Below, piece after piece: positions 39,501 through 51,160 of a stretch of DNA of 64,000 bases. Made by a program: the position numbers and the translations under genes. Within the stretch, counting starts at the first letter, position 1; the number at the start of each line of letters is the position of its first letter. The notes beneath the pieces are model-generated. The model was given only the letters and a program-made list of their open reading frames with translations, was not told the DNA's origin and did not search any database. The DNA is from Eledone cirrhosa (taxonomy: Eukaryota). The stretch covers positions 257,486,001-257,550,000 of the forward strand of contig OZ024743.1 in assembly GCA_964016885.1 (NCBI GenBank), read 5' to 3'.

Positions 39501-39749
39501 CCTCCACCTGGTCTCTTGAATACAACAAACATCGACCTCCTTACGTTCAAGCATTTCTACAACCTCGTTAGCGCGACCCTTTAGGGTGCCTACATTTATG
39601 GTACCAACTCTGAAGTTTTGGATTGCGTTTGGGGGTTGGGGGCGGTGGGGGGCGGGGGGCGATGGGGTTATGTTAGCCGTCCGCGGTCGAAACAATGAGG
39701 AGTGCTCGCATTCTCGTCCAAGAGGTGAATTTGTCTTTATCTTTGGCAT
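36579..39749 (-). CDS. RTE LINE polyprotein: APE endonuclease + reverse transcriptase with PHD-like Zn finger
   Basis: Uninterrupted 1056-aa ORF; TINV, IQETRW, SAYAPQ, GDLNGH, VDY, SQH (APE); DLEKAFD, QGSVLSP, YADD, YLG (RT). Confidence 0.95.
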   Translation of the reverse strand: MPKIKTNSPLGRECEHSSLFRPRTANITPSPPAPHRPQPPNAIQNFRVGTINVGTLKGRANEVVEMLERKEVDVCCIQETRWRGGSARFIEGKKRCYKLFWVGNDDGLGGVGIMVAEKWADKIIDVNRVNDRIIKIRLVLNRTTVTVISAYAPQSGLPGTIKDRFYETLMLTTSQISDSDYIIIAGDLNGHVGQHCDGYDEIHGGYGFGTRNEEGSRILEFCDANNLTICNTNFKKRDNHLITYRSGEHTSQVDYILTRRRDRVSVVNTKSLPHEECTSQHRLIISDLIVRTRRTRQQKRTILRRKIWKLKDPTARNKFQSILLDAFDSKEEHLESDNIEGEWEFLKANLLLATDEVCGWSRPVGRRRVTWWWNSKVEGSIKAKKQAWKVWRDGGSREDYQVARREARRQVYLARREAEERKFKHVLQRDDQKREVFRIARQCVKENRDIVGEKCVLNDDGTLAITDADKKVAWKCHYERLLNEENNWEKGSLPHIDPIEGPAVLVEGSIISKAIKDMKTGKAAGPSEIVAEMLKASGTVGHTMVTRIVNQVVQNGVVPKDWHSSIIVNCYKGKGDALDRSNYRGIKLIDQVMKVTEKVIAQLIRERIDLDEMQFGFVSGKSTTDALFIVRQLQEKYLAKGKPLYLAFVDLEKAFDRVPRSIIWWALRKLGVDEWLVRAIQAMYKETVSKVRINNEYSEEFSVKVGVHQGSVLSPLLFIIALQAITEEFKTGCPWELLYADDLTLIAESMAELEKKFQTWKHGLESKGLKINLAKTKVLVCRKENKAAVPSGKWSCSVCRKGVGRNSILCPKCKVWVHKRCSGITGKLTKNIDFTCGRCSGAISSSKCPQTTSSFNCAEGSIEIVDSFRYLGDKISSGGGCSESTVARVRTGWKKFRELIPLLAAKGFSLKMKGRLYDACIRTAMLHGSETWALCAEDIRRLERNEACMLRWMCNSNIRERQSINELRKKLEIRGIRCCLLERRLRWYGHVMRMKVDSCITKCRAIKIDGSHGIGRPRKTWDELINSDITHLHLSKTMSLDRDLWRYSVTEKTRLT

Positions 39750-39857
39750 TGTCGCTGAGCGTCCAGATTTTTCTCTCTCTCACCTCCACTCTCCAGGATT
39801 CCGCAGTCCATCCATCCATCATATATCGAAAGGCAACCAGGCAAGCGATAGTATAGG

Positions 39858-39955
39858 CCTCTGGTTTCTGATTGGTCCGCGTAATAATACTGGTGATGCG
39901 TGGGGGCTCTGTTTTATGATTGGTCCACGTAATAGCAATGGTGGTGCGTGGGGGT
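39858..39955 (-). promoter_or_regulatory. Two ~48-bp tandem units, each with a CCAAT box, in the LINE 5'UTR (possible internal promoter)
   Basis: tgattggtcc(g/a)cgtaata repeated twice, ~120-190 nt upstream of the ATG. Confidence 0.4.
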
Positions 39956-40267
39956 GGGTGTTGGGTAGCTAGCAAGAAGGTAATGATTGAATGGGGTCCT
40001 TGCATTTAACAAGCGATTAACAAAAATACAAAATTTGTTCTGTTAAATACGCCCAAAAACTTTCGTATTTAACAATTAATAGAAACAGAAAATGTAGTTT
40101 GTTTTAGCGATAGATTGGCTATTTGGACTTGATACGAAATATGGATTGTTTTGAAAATACGGCTAGAATTAAGATTTGTGGAGGGAGAGAAATGAAATCC
40201 GTACATTACGTTTACATGAATATCGTGGGTAGACAGCAAGCAATGAAATTTGGCGAAGTGAATTCCT

Positions 40268-40359
<92 letters not shown>

Positions 40360-40771
40360 GAGAGAGAGAGGGGGGTGGCCACATGATGGCTGTGTGTGTT
40401 AGGCGTTTGACCGCCCCGTGCCTTCGAAGAAGGAAGAAGGAAAGGATTTTTTTTTTTTTTTTTTTTTTTGAAGATACGCTAGAATTAGGGATTGAGGTTT
40501 GAAAATACGTTAGGAATTAAGGTTTGAAAACAGCTAGCAAGAAGGTAATGATTGAATGGGGTCCTTGCATTTAACAAGCGATTAACAAAAATACAAAATT
40601 TGTTCTGTTAAATACGCCCAAAAACTTTCGTATTTAACAATTAATAGAAACAGAAAATGTAGTTTGTTTTAGCGATAGATTGGCTATTTGGACTTGATAC
40701 GAAATATGGATTGTTTTGAAAATACGCTAGAATTAAGATTTGTGGAGGGAGAGAAAATATATATATATATA

Positions 40772-40940
40772 TCATCATCATCATCATCGTTTAACATCTA
40801 TCTTCCACGCTAGCATGGGTTTAGACGGGAATTGTCCCACTTGAGGCAAGATTGGTCGTCTCGCTCGTATGGGACTGTCTGGCAGGTTTTCAACCACGTT
40901 TACAGTGTGGACTGGGAGGCTTTTATCTTGTTACCTACAT
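40772..40940 (-). mobile_element. Short RTE/SINE 3' tail fragment
   Basis: (CAT)n + cgtttaacatctatcttccacgctagcatggg. Confidence 0.8.
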
Positions 40941-41450
40941 GTTAGTGTTAACTAACTATAGTATTATAGTAATTTACAATATATTGGTATATATTATGTT
41001 AGTTAACTAACTATAGTATTATAGTAATTCACAATATATTGGTATATATTATGTTAGTGTTAACTAACTATAGTATTGATAATAATTTTATAGTAATTTA
41101 ATATATTGGTATATATTATGTTAGTTAACTAACTATAGTATTATAGTAATTTATAATATATGGGTATATATATATTATGTTAGAGTTAACCAACTATATT
41201 TTTATAGTAATTTATAATATATTGGTATATATTACGTTAGTTAACTAACTATAGTTTTGATATAAGTAATTTATGATATATTAGTATATATTATGTTAGT
41301 GTTAACTAACTATATTATTAATATCAGTAATTTACAATATATTGGTATATATTATGAGAGTGTTAACTAACTATAGTATTATAGTAATTTAATATATTGG
41401 TATGTATTATGTTAGTGTTAACTAACTATAGTTTCAATATCAGTAATTTT
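40939..41450. repeat. AT-rich minisatellite, ~55-60 bp unit, ~9 copies
   Basis: atgttagtgttaactaactatagtattatagtaatttacaatatattggtatatatt repeated. Confidence 0.9.
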
Positions 41451-42050
41451 AAAACTATATATATTTTAAAATTATATATATATACACATATATAATCTAA
41501 TTATGGCCCACTGCGTACATTGGTGCATGTTTGTATATATATATATAGAAAGAGAATTAATTGACCCGCGTGCATATTATTTTATTCTTTTATGTTTTGC
41601 GATGACCTCCCCTTTCCAATTGATGGCAGTGTGAGATTTCTCATTGAGACTGCTGGAATTTCAAATTTGGCGGTCATTCTGGCACGGAGGGGTACCATCG
41701 CTGAACATTAATATCGGTAAGGTTTTTTTTTATATCGATATTTGTCGGGCATCCACTGATGATTTATAAGTGCCCACCTACATATATTCCTACGGACTAT
41801 GTGTAGGCTTCTACATAACCTGGACATTATTTTCCCAATTTGTAGAAAACTTATAATGAAACGATCGTTTGGAAAGAGAGATGTATTTTAATTATGTCTC
41901 ATATAAAATAATACAACTGGCTATCCGCAAAATACGTAGAGTTAGCACCCCAAACGTATAATTGGGATTATACTAAGGTATATTCTAATGTTTGTTGAGT
42001 GAGACGGAAGCCGGTCGGAGTATTGCTTAAAGCTTTCTCTGTTAATGTAT

Positions 42051-42137
<87 letters not shown>

Positions 42138-43025
42138 AAACATAAATTGTCGAGATTCGCATTTCGGCCCACGAAACAACGAAAAACAACCTCCGAGATG
42201 TGCTCAATGATTCAGATGAACCAGAGCTATAACAAACGTTAAAGGCCAAACACACTGAGACGATGGTTAAACAATCATTCGCATAGCCAAAAAAAAAACT
42301 ATCAAGTAATTCAGGTATTGAAAATTTACCCGGACCCCTGGAAGGTTGTTAAAATCCAGTATATGGGTTTCTGCGGCTCCTAAATCAAGTACCGTCCGCT
42401 TACATAAATAATGTCAGGCTTCTGGTAAGATGATTGAACAAAGAAGCCACTTTCTCAACAGGTTTTAGTTCAATGTTAATACAAGGACTGACTATTGCTA
42501 ACCCATGTGGGGATCGGCAAGGGAGGCAACCCCTATATCAGGCGAATGAATTCAGTTGTGTATACTTTTGCAAGAATGCAAAAACATATATATATATATG
42601 CACCAATATGTACATGTACTTAAATATCACTACCAAATTAATCTAACCATTAACTTCATTTCTTCATCTCTTCTACTTTCCCTTCATTTCTCTTTTCTTC
42701 CTATATTCCTTGAGAACACAGGTGATACAAAGATGAGAGAGTGGCTGACTGATGGTGACTGATGGTGACAAAGTCACTCACCTAATTGCTGTTAATTCAA
42801 TATCTTTAACTAAATCAATTGTGTCTTAGTTCAATTTCAAATCCTATTATTACTCCTACCATTTCTTAGCAGCAGAACCAAATCAACGATGCTTTAATAG
42901 TAATATAGTAATATTGCATTGAATCAATCTCCCCTCCTCTCTCTCTCTCTCTCTATCTCTCTATATATATACATACATAATATATATGTATGTATATATA
43001 TATATATACATACATACTATATATG

Positions 43026-43106
<81 letters not shown>

Positions 43107-44129
43107 TTAAATATATGCATATATATATGTATCTATATATGTATGTATGTATATTCAGTATATATATGCACTAAATCAGGAATGATGGCCGACAAGGTTT
43201 TCACTTGTTCGTTGGCTAAGGATATTAGGTTAATGAGTTTGTGTTAGCCAAGGGGAGAATTTTACATTTAGATGCCAGCGAATGTAATTATTGTGAAGGA
43301 TTAAGACAAAACAAATGATACATTAATTTCTTAAGTAAAGAAAGTGAATTTGGGAGAATGGCATTGCTTCTCAGCTATTGATATTGATATATAAATACGT
43401 TGATACTGTGTTCATATATAGAGCTGTGTGTTGGATATATCTATATGTGTATACACCTATCCCTTTGTGTGTGTATATATATATATATATAGATATCCTT
43501 GTGTCTCACTCTCTCTCTCTCTCTCTCTCTTTCTTTCTTTCCCATCTTTCTTTCATCTTTCTTTCTCTCTCTCTCTCTATATATATATATATAAATATAA
43601 GAAGAATTGAGTGCTGCGTGGTTGCACATGGGTTACATATGAATAAAATTAGTCCTTCATCAGTGATTTTCCAACTTTCATTGGTATTTAATCGCTTTAA
43701 AAATCATATACTTCTAGTTGGTGCGAGCAATAGCTAAATAAAGCTATTGGGACAAGTAATATCGCGTAAAGCTAGCGAGACAAGTAAACAAACAAAATGG
43801 TATAGCAACGGAAAGATAGGAAGAAACAAGCACATGATAGCTATACAGCTTAAGCTGGGTGAATTTCATGGGCGAAAGAGAAATACAGACCATCTAACGT
43901 GGGTGAGGTGTGAGTGAGAAAGGACCCTACACAGGCCAAACGGGAGGAAGTGAGAGAGGGAGAAGCAGATAGTGAATGAGTGGAAGTGCGAGGAAGAGGC
44001 CAGTTGAGAGAAAGTGTGACTGACAGAGGGAGCGAAAGAAGGTGAGAGATACAGAGAGAGGGGGGAAGTAGTAAGAAAGAAACAGACAAACGCAGCTGAG
44101 GAAAAATATATATATAAAAATATGAGAAG

Positions 44130-44174
<45 letters not shown>

Positions 44175-44181
<7 letters not shown>

Positions 44182-45495
44182 ATGCTTTGGGAGGGTCATG
44201 TTGCCAATAAGAAACACATGCACCAATTGCTTTCACTCCAATTTATTATAAATTAAATTTATAAATTTAAGAATTTATAAATTTCCGGTTGGTTGGTTGG
44301 TTCCACAATCGGACGATTGTTCATATATTGTCAAAGTTCTTTCATCACACATTCTGTGACCTCTCCTGGGGATTCTTTTCTTTGTTTTGGTGCCTCTCCT
44401 TTGTTCTGTCCTATGGCACCTTGTTTGTGTGTGTGTTGTGTGCTTAGTTTGCGCATGTGTTACATCCGTGTGTCTGTGTGTGTTTATATTTGTTTATTTA
44501 TTTGTTTATTTACATGTTACTGGTTGGTTGTTTGTTCTATGTGTGTGTGTGTTTTCATTTTGTCCTTAATTGTAAGTTGTGATGTTACTATTCCATTCAT
44601 GTTTTCTATTTAATGTTGGTTGGAGTTCATTTATGTTTATTGCCTCTGTGATTTGTCTAAACATTGCGTCTTTTCTGTGTGTAAGTTCTATTTTTATTTC
44701 TATGTTCTCTAATTTACCCTTATGTTCTATTTTAGCATGTTGGTGGAGTTTCTATCTTGAAGCTCTTGCCAGTGTTCATTTATCCGTTCTCCTATATTAC
44801 GAGCTGTCTCACCTATGTACACTATATTCTCATCTCTACATTGTCCTTCAGTACATCTTATGCTATATACTACATTTCTAGTTTTACAGTTAATATGGGG
44901 GCTTAGTTTACAGATTATACATTTCTTATCTATCCAGAGAGGTCTTTGAAAAGGGTATGTATTGCTAATAAGTGTTTTTATGGAGGTACCTGGTCTTTCT
45001 ACTATCTTAATATTGAGTTCATGTTTATCTAGGGCTCTTCTGAATTTGTAAGTTAATTCACCTCTAGGGGTTGTATTGATGAACATTACACTCTGGTATT
45101 TATTGCTATCATAGCATGAGTTTATTCTATTAACCTTATTCCTAGTTCTTTCTATTCGATTCCATTTTGGTTCTGGGTTTGGCATAATCGATGACTTCCA
45201 TGGGTATGCCAAACCCATGACTTCCAAATATCTGATCCACCGAAACTCAGCTGTTTCGGACCACACCAAAATCAACATACTGATTGCGGATTTGGTACGG
45301 GTGATGAGAAACGTGTCCCGCATGTGCAACACCAAAGAAATAGAGAGACACATACAACACTTCATCCACCGTATGCAGTTCTCTGGTTACAATCAGAGAG
45401 ATAAAATCAAAGTATATAGAGGAGCCAGAACCAAATGGGTAAACATGGTAAATAATGATACAAATGGGACCTGCCCCTTGTATAGGAGCAAATAT
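44175..45495 (-). mobile_element. PLE (C-terminal GIY-YIG) 3' fragment with an inverted 5' segment
   Basis: Minus: KIVERPG..CIIC..CKTRNVVYSIRC..YIGETARN..H; plus 45170-45493: KPMTSKYLIHRNSA..RVMRNVS..SGY..PLYRSK (RT thumb). Confidence 0.85.
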
Positions 45496-45824
45496 AGGAG
45501 CACCTCCACGACCACTTTGCAGTGGAATGATATGGACCCCAGTCCCTATCATCTCATTTCTACAGCTGAGTAAACTAGAGCAATGTGAAATAAAGTGTCT
45601 TGCTCAAGGAAACAACACATCACCCGCTCTGAGAATTGAACTCACAACCACTGAGCCATTTGCCTCCTTACTATATATATATATATAGTAATAATAATAA
45701 ATTTGAAGACTAAAATCCAAAGAGGGCTCGATAAGGATAAAAATATGTCAAATAGAAGATCCTGTTAAGGGTGAAAGCAGCGATTCTTTGCTTAAACTTT
45801 AATCTGTTATTTTAATAAATATAC

Positions 45825-45926
<102 letters not shown>

Positions 45927-46739
45927 GTGTGCATGTATTTATAACTATCCATATGCCGTTGTGTGTGTGGGTATATAATAGCATTTCCATGAACATAGTT
46001 ATACTTTCTGTGTACATACATGCTTGCATATATATATATATACATAAATGTATACATACATATATTTGACTTCAGTCTGACATGAACTGTAGATGAAAGG
46101 TCAATGTTCAAATAGTTTATATACACACCATATAACTGTAGTGTTCTGTTACAGAATATCTACTGATTTTAATCATTTAATGATATAAAAGATTTCACTA
46201 ATCATTCTAGACTACTCATGCTGAAAAACAAATGGTAATATGTATTCAAAGATGTGTGTGTGTGTGTGGGGGGGGGGGGGGGCTGATCATCTTCCCCCAA
46301 TTTTTCCATGCTGGCATGAGTTGGGTGGGATATTTAGAGAGAATGTTTTACAACCAGATGCCCTTTCTCACAACAACTTTTTAGCCACCTTTAGCAACAT
46401 GCAGGGATTGTGTGTATATATAAGCATATATGGGCATGTCATTAGAAGCAACAAAAAGGGTTGACACCAAGAAGGGCATCTGGCTGTAAAAAATTGCATC
46501 AAGATGCCCCCTCTCCATGATGAGTTTAATTAGGCATAGCAGCCTCATTATGCAATGTGTTATAGAACAAAAGGATGATGATGGTCATCTGAAAAGAACA
46601 AGTGTAATCAAAATCAAATAAAGTACCAGTAATGCACTGGATAATTGCTGGCCTTGTGCCAAAAGTAGAAACAATTATTATTCAATATAAATCTCATGAA
46701 TACATTTATATAGATATTTATATATTTATATATTTATAT

Positions 46740-47998
46740 ATGGGAACTTCTACATGCAGATGATCTAACTCTCATAGCTGATTCCATGGCTGAACTAGAG
46801 AGGAAGTTCCAAACATGGAAGCATGGCCCTGAATTAAAAGGCCTTAGAGTCAACTTGTCAAAGACTAAGGTTCTAGTATATTGAAAGGAGAATAGGGCAC
46901 AGGTATCTTCTAGGAAATGGCTTTGCTCAGTGTGTAAGAAAGGCGTAGGCAGAAAGTCCATTCTATGTTCCAAATGCAAACTATGGGTACATAAAAGATA
47001 TAGTGGGATCAGAGTTAAGCATTCTAAGAATGTAGATTTTATATGTGGCCGATGCTCAGACGCAGTAAGTAGCAATGACCCACTGGATGATATCTCCTTC
47101 AACTTCCCAGATGGTTCTATAGAAATAGTAGACACTTTCTGTTACCTGGGTGACAAAATCAGCAGTGGAGGAGGATGCTCTGAAAGTGTAGTAGCCAGAG
47201 TTAGAGCGGGACTGCAAAAGTTCAGAGAGCTAATACCGTTGTTGGCCACAAGAGGTTTTTTTCTAAAAATGAAAGGCAGATTGTATGATGCATGTATACA
47301 AACGGCGATACTGCATGGTAGTGAGATTTGGGCATTGTGTGCTGAAGACCTGCGTAGGCTAGAAAGAAATGAAGCTTGCATGCTCCAATAGATGTGTAAT
47401 AGTAATGTGCGCAAAAGGCGAAGCATAAACAAATTAAAAGGGAGACTAGGCATAAGAGGTATCAAATGTTGTGTTGTGAAAAGAAGCCTGCATTGGTATG
47501 GACATGTGATGCATATGAAGGACGACAGCTGTATAAAAAAGTGCAGGGCAATGAAAATTAATGGAAGCTACGGAGTGGGTAGACCAAGAAAAACCTGGGA
47601 CGAGGTGATAAAAACTGACCTTGCTCACCTACACCTCTCTAAGACAATGACACTGGATCGAGACCTCTGGCGCCCTGCAGTTGTACAGAAGACCCGACTG
47701 CCATTGCATACAAACCTACAGTCAGTTAGGCATCTCTTAACCCAATGTACACCCCACCCCAAAACCTCTACCCCATCCTCCCTCTCTCGTTCCGCCCACT
47801 GTGTTGATGACACAACAGTTCACACTGTAAGTGTGGTTGGTGTTAGTAAAGGCATCCAGCTGTAAAAAACCTGCCAGAGACGCTTCCTTGTGAGCGAGGC
47901 ATGGTCCCCCGACCATTCCCGCATCGAATGGAACGAAACCGTCTAACCCATGCTAGCATGGAAGATGGACATTTAAACGATGATGATGATGATGATGA
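46740..47998 (+). mobile_element. 5'-truncated RTE LINE with stops
   Basis: WELLHADDL through RPRKTWDEVIK; (GAT)n tail. Confidence 0.88.
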
Positions 47999-48262
47999 TT
48001 GTACTCAAGTGCAGAAGTGCTATAAAGATAGCTTATAAAACAGGTGGAGACACTCAAAAGATGAAAAAAGAAGTTGCTAACAGCCACTATGAGGAATTGA
48101 ACACCATATCTTCCATATACCAAGGGTCTTCAGTCTATTTTATAAGCTATTTTTGTAAAACTTCGTGCTTGAGCACATTCTTTATATTTATCTATATATA
48201 TATATTCTTAGTGCTTAAAAGGTCAGAAATTTGGGTTTGTATTTTGTTTGTATATATATATA

Positions 48263-48925
48263 TTGTTATACTTTGGGAGGGTCATGTTGCCAATAAGAAA
48301 CACACGGACCAGTTGCTTTCACTCCAATTTATTATAAATTTAAAAAAATTTTTCTAAAAAATAAAAATCTTTCAAAACAAAAAAAAAATTTATAAATTTC
48401 CGATTGGTTGGTTGGTTGGTTGGTTGGTTGGTTCCACAACCGGACGGTTGTTCATATATTGTCAAAGTTATTTCGTCACACATTCTGTGACCTCTTCAGT
48501 TACTGGGGATTCTTTTCTTTGTTTTGTGCCTCTCCTTTGTTCTGTCCTACGCAATCTTGTTTTTTGTGTGTGCTGTCTGTGTAAAAAATAAAAAAAAATA
48601 AAAAATCTTTCAAAACAAAAAAAAAATTAATAAATTTCCGGTTGGTTGGTTCCACAACCGGACGGTTGTTCATATATTGTCAAAACAATATATGAACAAC
48701 CGTCCGGTTGTGGAACCAACCAATCAACCGGATATTTATAAATTTTTTTTTTGTTTTGAAAGATTTTTATTTTTTAGAAAAATTTTTTTAAATTTATAAT
48801 AAATTGGAGTGAAAGCAACTGGTCCGTGTGTTTCTTATTGGCAACATGACCCTCCCAAAGTATAACAATATCGGTTTCAACACACGTTTTCAGATAAAGA
48901 ATCTTGCTAAACAAATTCAGAAACG
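48263..48925. repeat. Fold-back of PLE 3'UTR fragments
   Basis: 48263-48460 mirrored at 48686-48870; internal duplication 48585-48685; homologous to 44175-44430. Confidence 0.85.
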
Positions 48926-48972
<47 letters not shown>

Positions 48973-49066
48973 TTATTAGCTAGAAATTTAATTTAGCTTT
49001 TATTTATTTCCTTTCTTCCTCTTCTCACTCTATATTTTTCTATTTCTTCTTTTATTTCTAATTCTA

Positions 49067-49102
49067 TCTTCTGATGAAGGACTAGTGTCGGAAACGTTAA
49101 GA
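49067..49102 (+). ncRNA. Minimal Penelope-type hammerhead motif
   Basis: tctt CTGATGA aggac-tagt-gtcg GAAA cg TT aaga. Confidence 0.62.
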
Positions 49103-49199
49103 ATCTATTCCTGTTATTTCAAACATTAAACTAATGTATATTTTTAATGTACTGTATCATTTTGCTATTTCTGTTTACTTTTTACATACATACATGCAT

Positions 49200-49230
<31 letters not shown>

Positions 49231-51101
49231 CATATATACATGGTGGCTGCCAACTCGTTTTCGAGTACGGCCACTACTTTATATCCATGTAGGAGAACCC
49301 CTACCGATGCGCTGAACAAGTGTGACTTTTTAGTCCAGCCAGCGACTTGAAAACTCTGGTACAAACACTACACTTGTGACAATTATTGACACATAGTGCT
49401 GGGCCCATGGTACCATGTGATTACAAGTGCAGAGAGATCTCCAGATATAAAGCAATGCCTGTGCCGTGAAGCTTTTATAGTGAGCAAAGGCACTGCACAA
49501 AGCCAGTCCCACTCTCTTAACCAAGATGATATTTACCAAAAAGAAGAACAAGTCAACATACATACATACATACATATATTATATATATGGGTGTGTGTGT
49601 GTGTGTGTGTGTATACTTATATTTATATATATGTGTGTGTGATTGTGTATGTGCATATATGTATATATAAATATATCTATATGTATATATATATATATAA
49701 ATATATCTATATGTGTACCTATGCACATACATACAGATAGATAGATAGAGAAAGTGACAAACAGTTCACGTGTCTGTCTCCTTATTCTAAATAAATCCCT
49801 TCCTCGAAGTTGAAAAGAAATTAAAGTGCAGAACAAAAGAAAGTTGTCAAATGTATAGAACAATGGTACAAAGCTGATCCCTATCTTGCTAAATTCTGCT
49901 GTAGATATGTCAAATTTCTCATATCATTTTGAAGGTGTCATTGTGTATAGGTGTCATCCCTTACTCAAGTTTGACATTTGACTCATCTTGCTAATACAAT
50001 TCCACTACATCAAAACCCTACTTCCTTATTAACAGATAAAGGGGAAATTTACAATTTGGTGACTGAAATAATCAAATTTGTTTTGCCTTGTGAAGAATAA
50101 CGTCTTACTAACTGAGTCACCTTATCTCTTCTCCCCCTCTCCACTCTATTCTTGAAAGCTAGTTGATAATAAATATAATTTCACCAAAGACATACAGAAA
50201 TACATACAGAAATACATATATACACATGCATATATGCTTATATACATACGCACACATGTATATGTACTTGCATACATACTAAACACATAATTACTTATGC
50301 ACATACATAAATTCATATATACATACAAATATACATGTACATACACACATGCATATTTACATAGATATATACAAACATACATACATACACACATACAAAG
50401 ATACATATCTATGTATACACACATACACACATATACGTCTCTAGTTACATACCTTCTCTCAAACATTTCAATTCTAATTAGATTTATGGAATTTTTTACA
50501 TAATTATTTATTCATTCATTCGTTTATTTATTTATATGTCATTGAAAAAGTGCACGTTACTTGAAATGTTGAAAATAACATTTGAAATTAGAATTTTAAA
50601 CTTTGCATCATATGTTTACTTCGTTTCTTGGGAAAACTTTGGGAAATTAAAACGAAAGGCTTTGGGTAAGTTAAATAGAATTTACTACATCAACGAATGA
50701 TTATTACCTTTATAAATATGTTCCAAAGAGATTTTCTAAATTGTTTATCATTAGGAATGTCATTGAGAATGCTGTATAATAATTTACCAATTCCTAATTA
50801 AGAAGCAATGTGAAATTACCCTTCAGATATACACTAAAGCTTTAACTCTGTTCCAGTGTCTCGCTGTTGCATTTCAAACTTCTTATCTTGTCAGACATCT
50901 AAACTGCAAAGATGTCTCCACTGCTATCAAAGAGGAAAGTTTAAAGAAAAAAAAGGAAATAGAATTAAATTAAGTTAAATAAAAATAAATAAAGATAAAG
51001 TTAAATGAATGAGAAACCCAGAAAATGAATTAAGTGAACTCAGAGAGAAAGAAAGAGCTATATATATATATGCACGTGTGTGTGTATATGTGTTCACACA
51101 C

Positions 51102-51160
<59 letters not shown>

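Larger units (their letters stand above)
36184..40757 (-). mobile_element. Full-length RTE-type LINE
   Basis: (GAT)n tail, ~400-bp 3'UTR, intact ORF, 5' region with a ~205-bp direct repeat; 5' boundary approximate. Confidence 0.9.

Noticed and set aside
36769-39584. Plus-strand ORFs overlapping LINE, gypsy and PLE ORFs
   Set aside because: Antisense shadows of the element reading frames
40370-40440. HDV-like ribozyme at the RTE 5' end
   Set aside because: Could not assemble the nested double pseudoknot by eye
40939-41450. CRISPR-like periodic array (also 63600-63955)
   Set aside because: Contiguous tandem units without unique spacers, eukaryotic context, no cas genes
45700-45800. Hammerhead in the second PLE's pLTR-like repeat
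   Set aside because: GAAA and stem III are present but no convincing CUGANGA core could be placed
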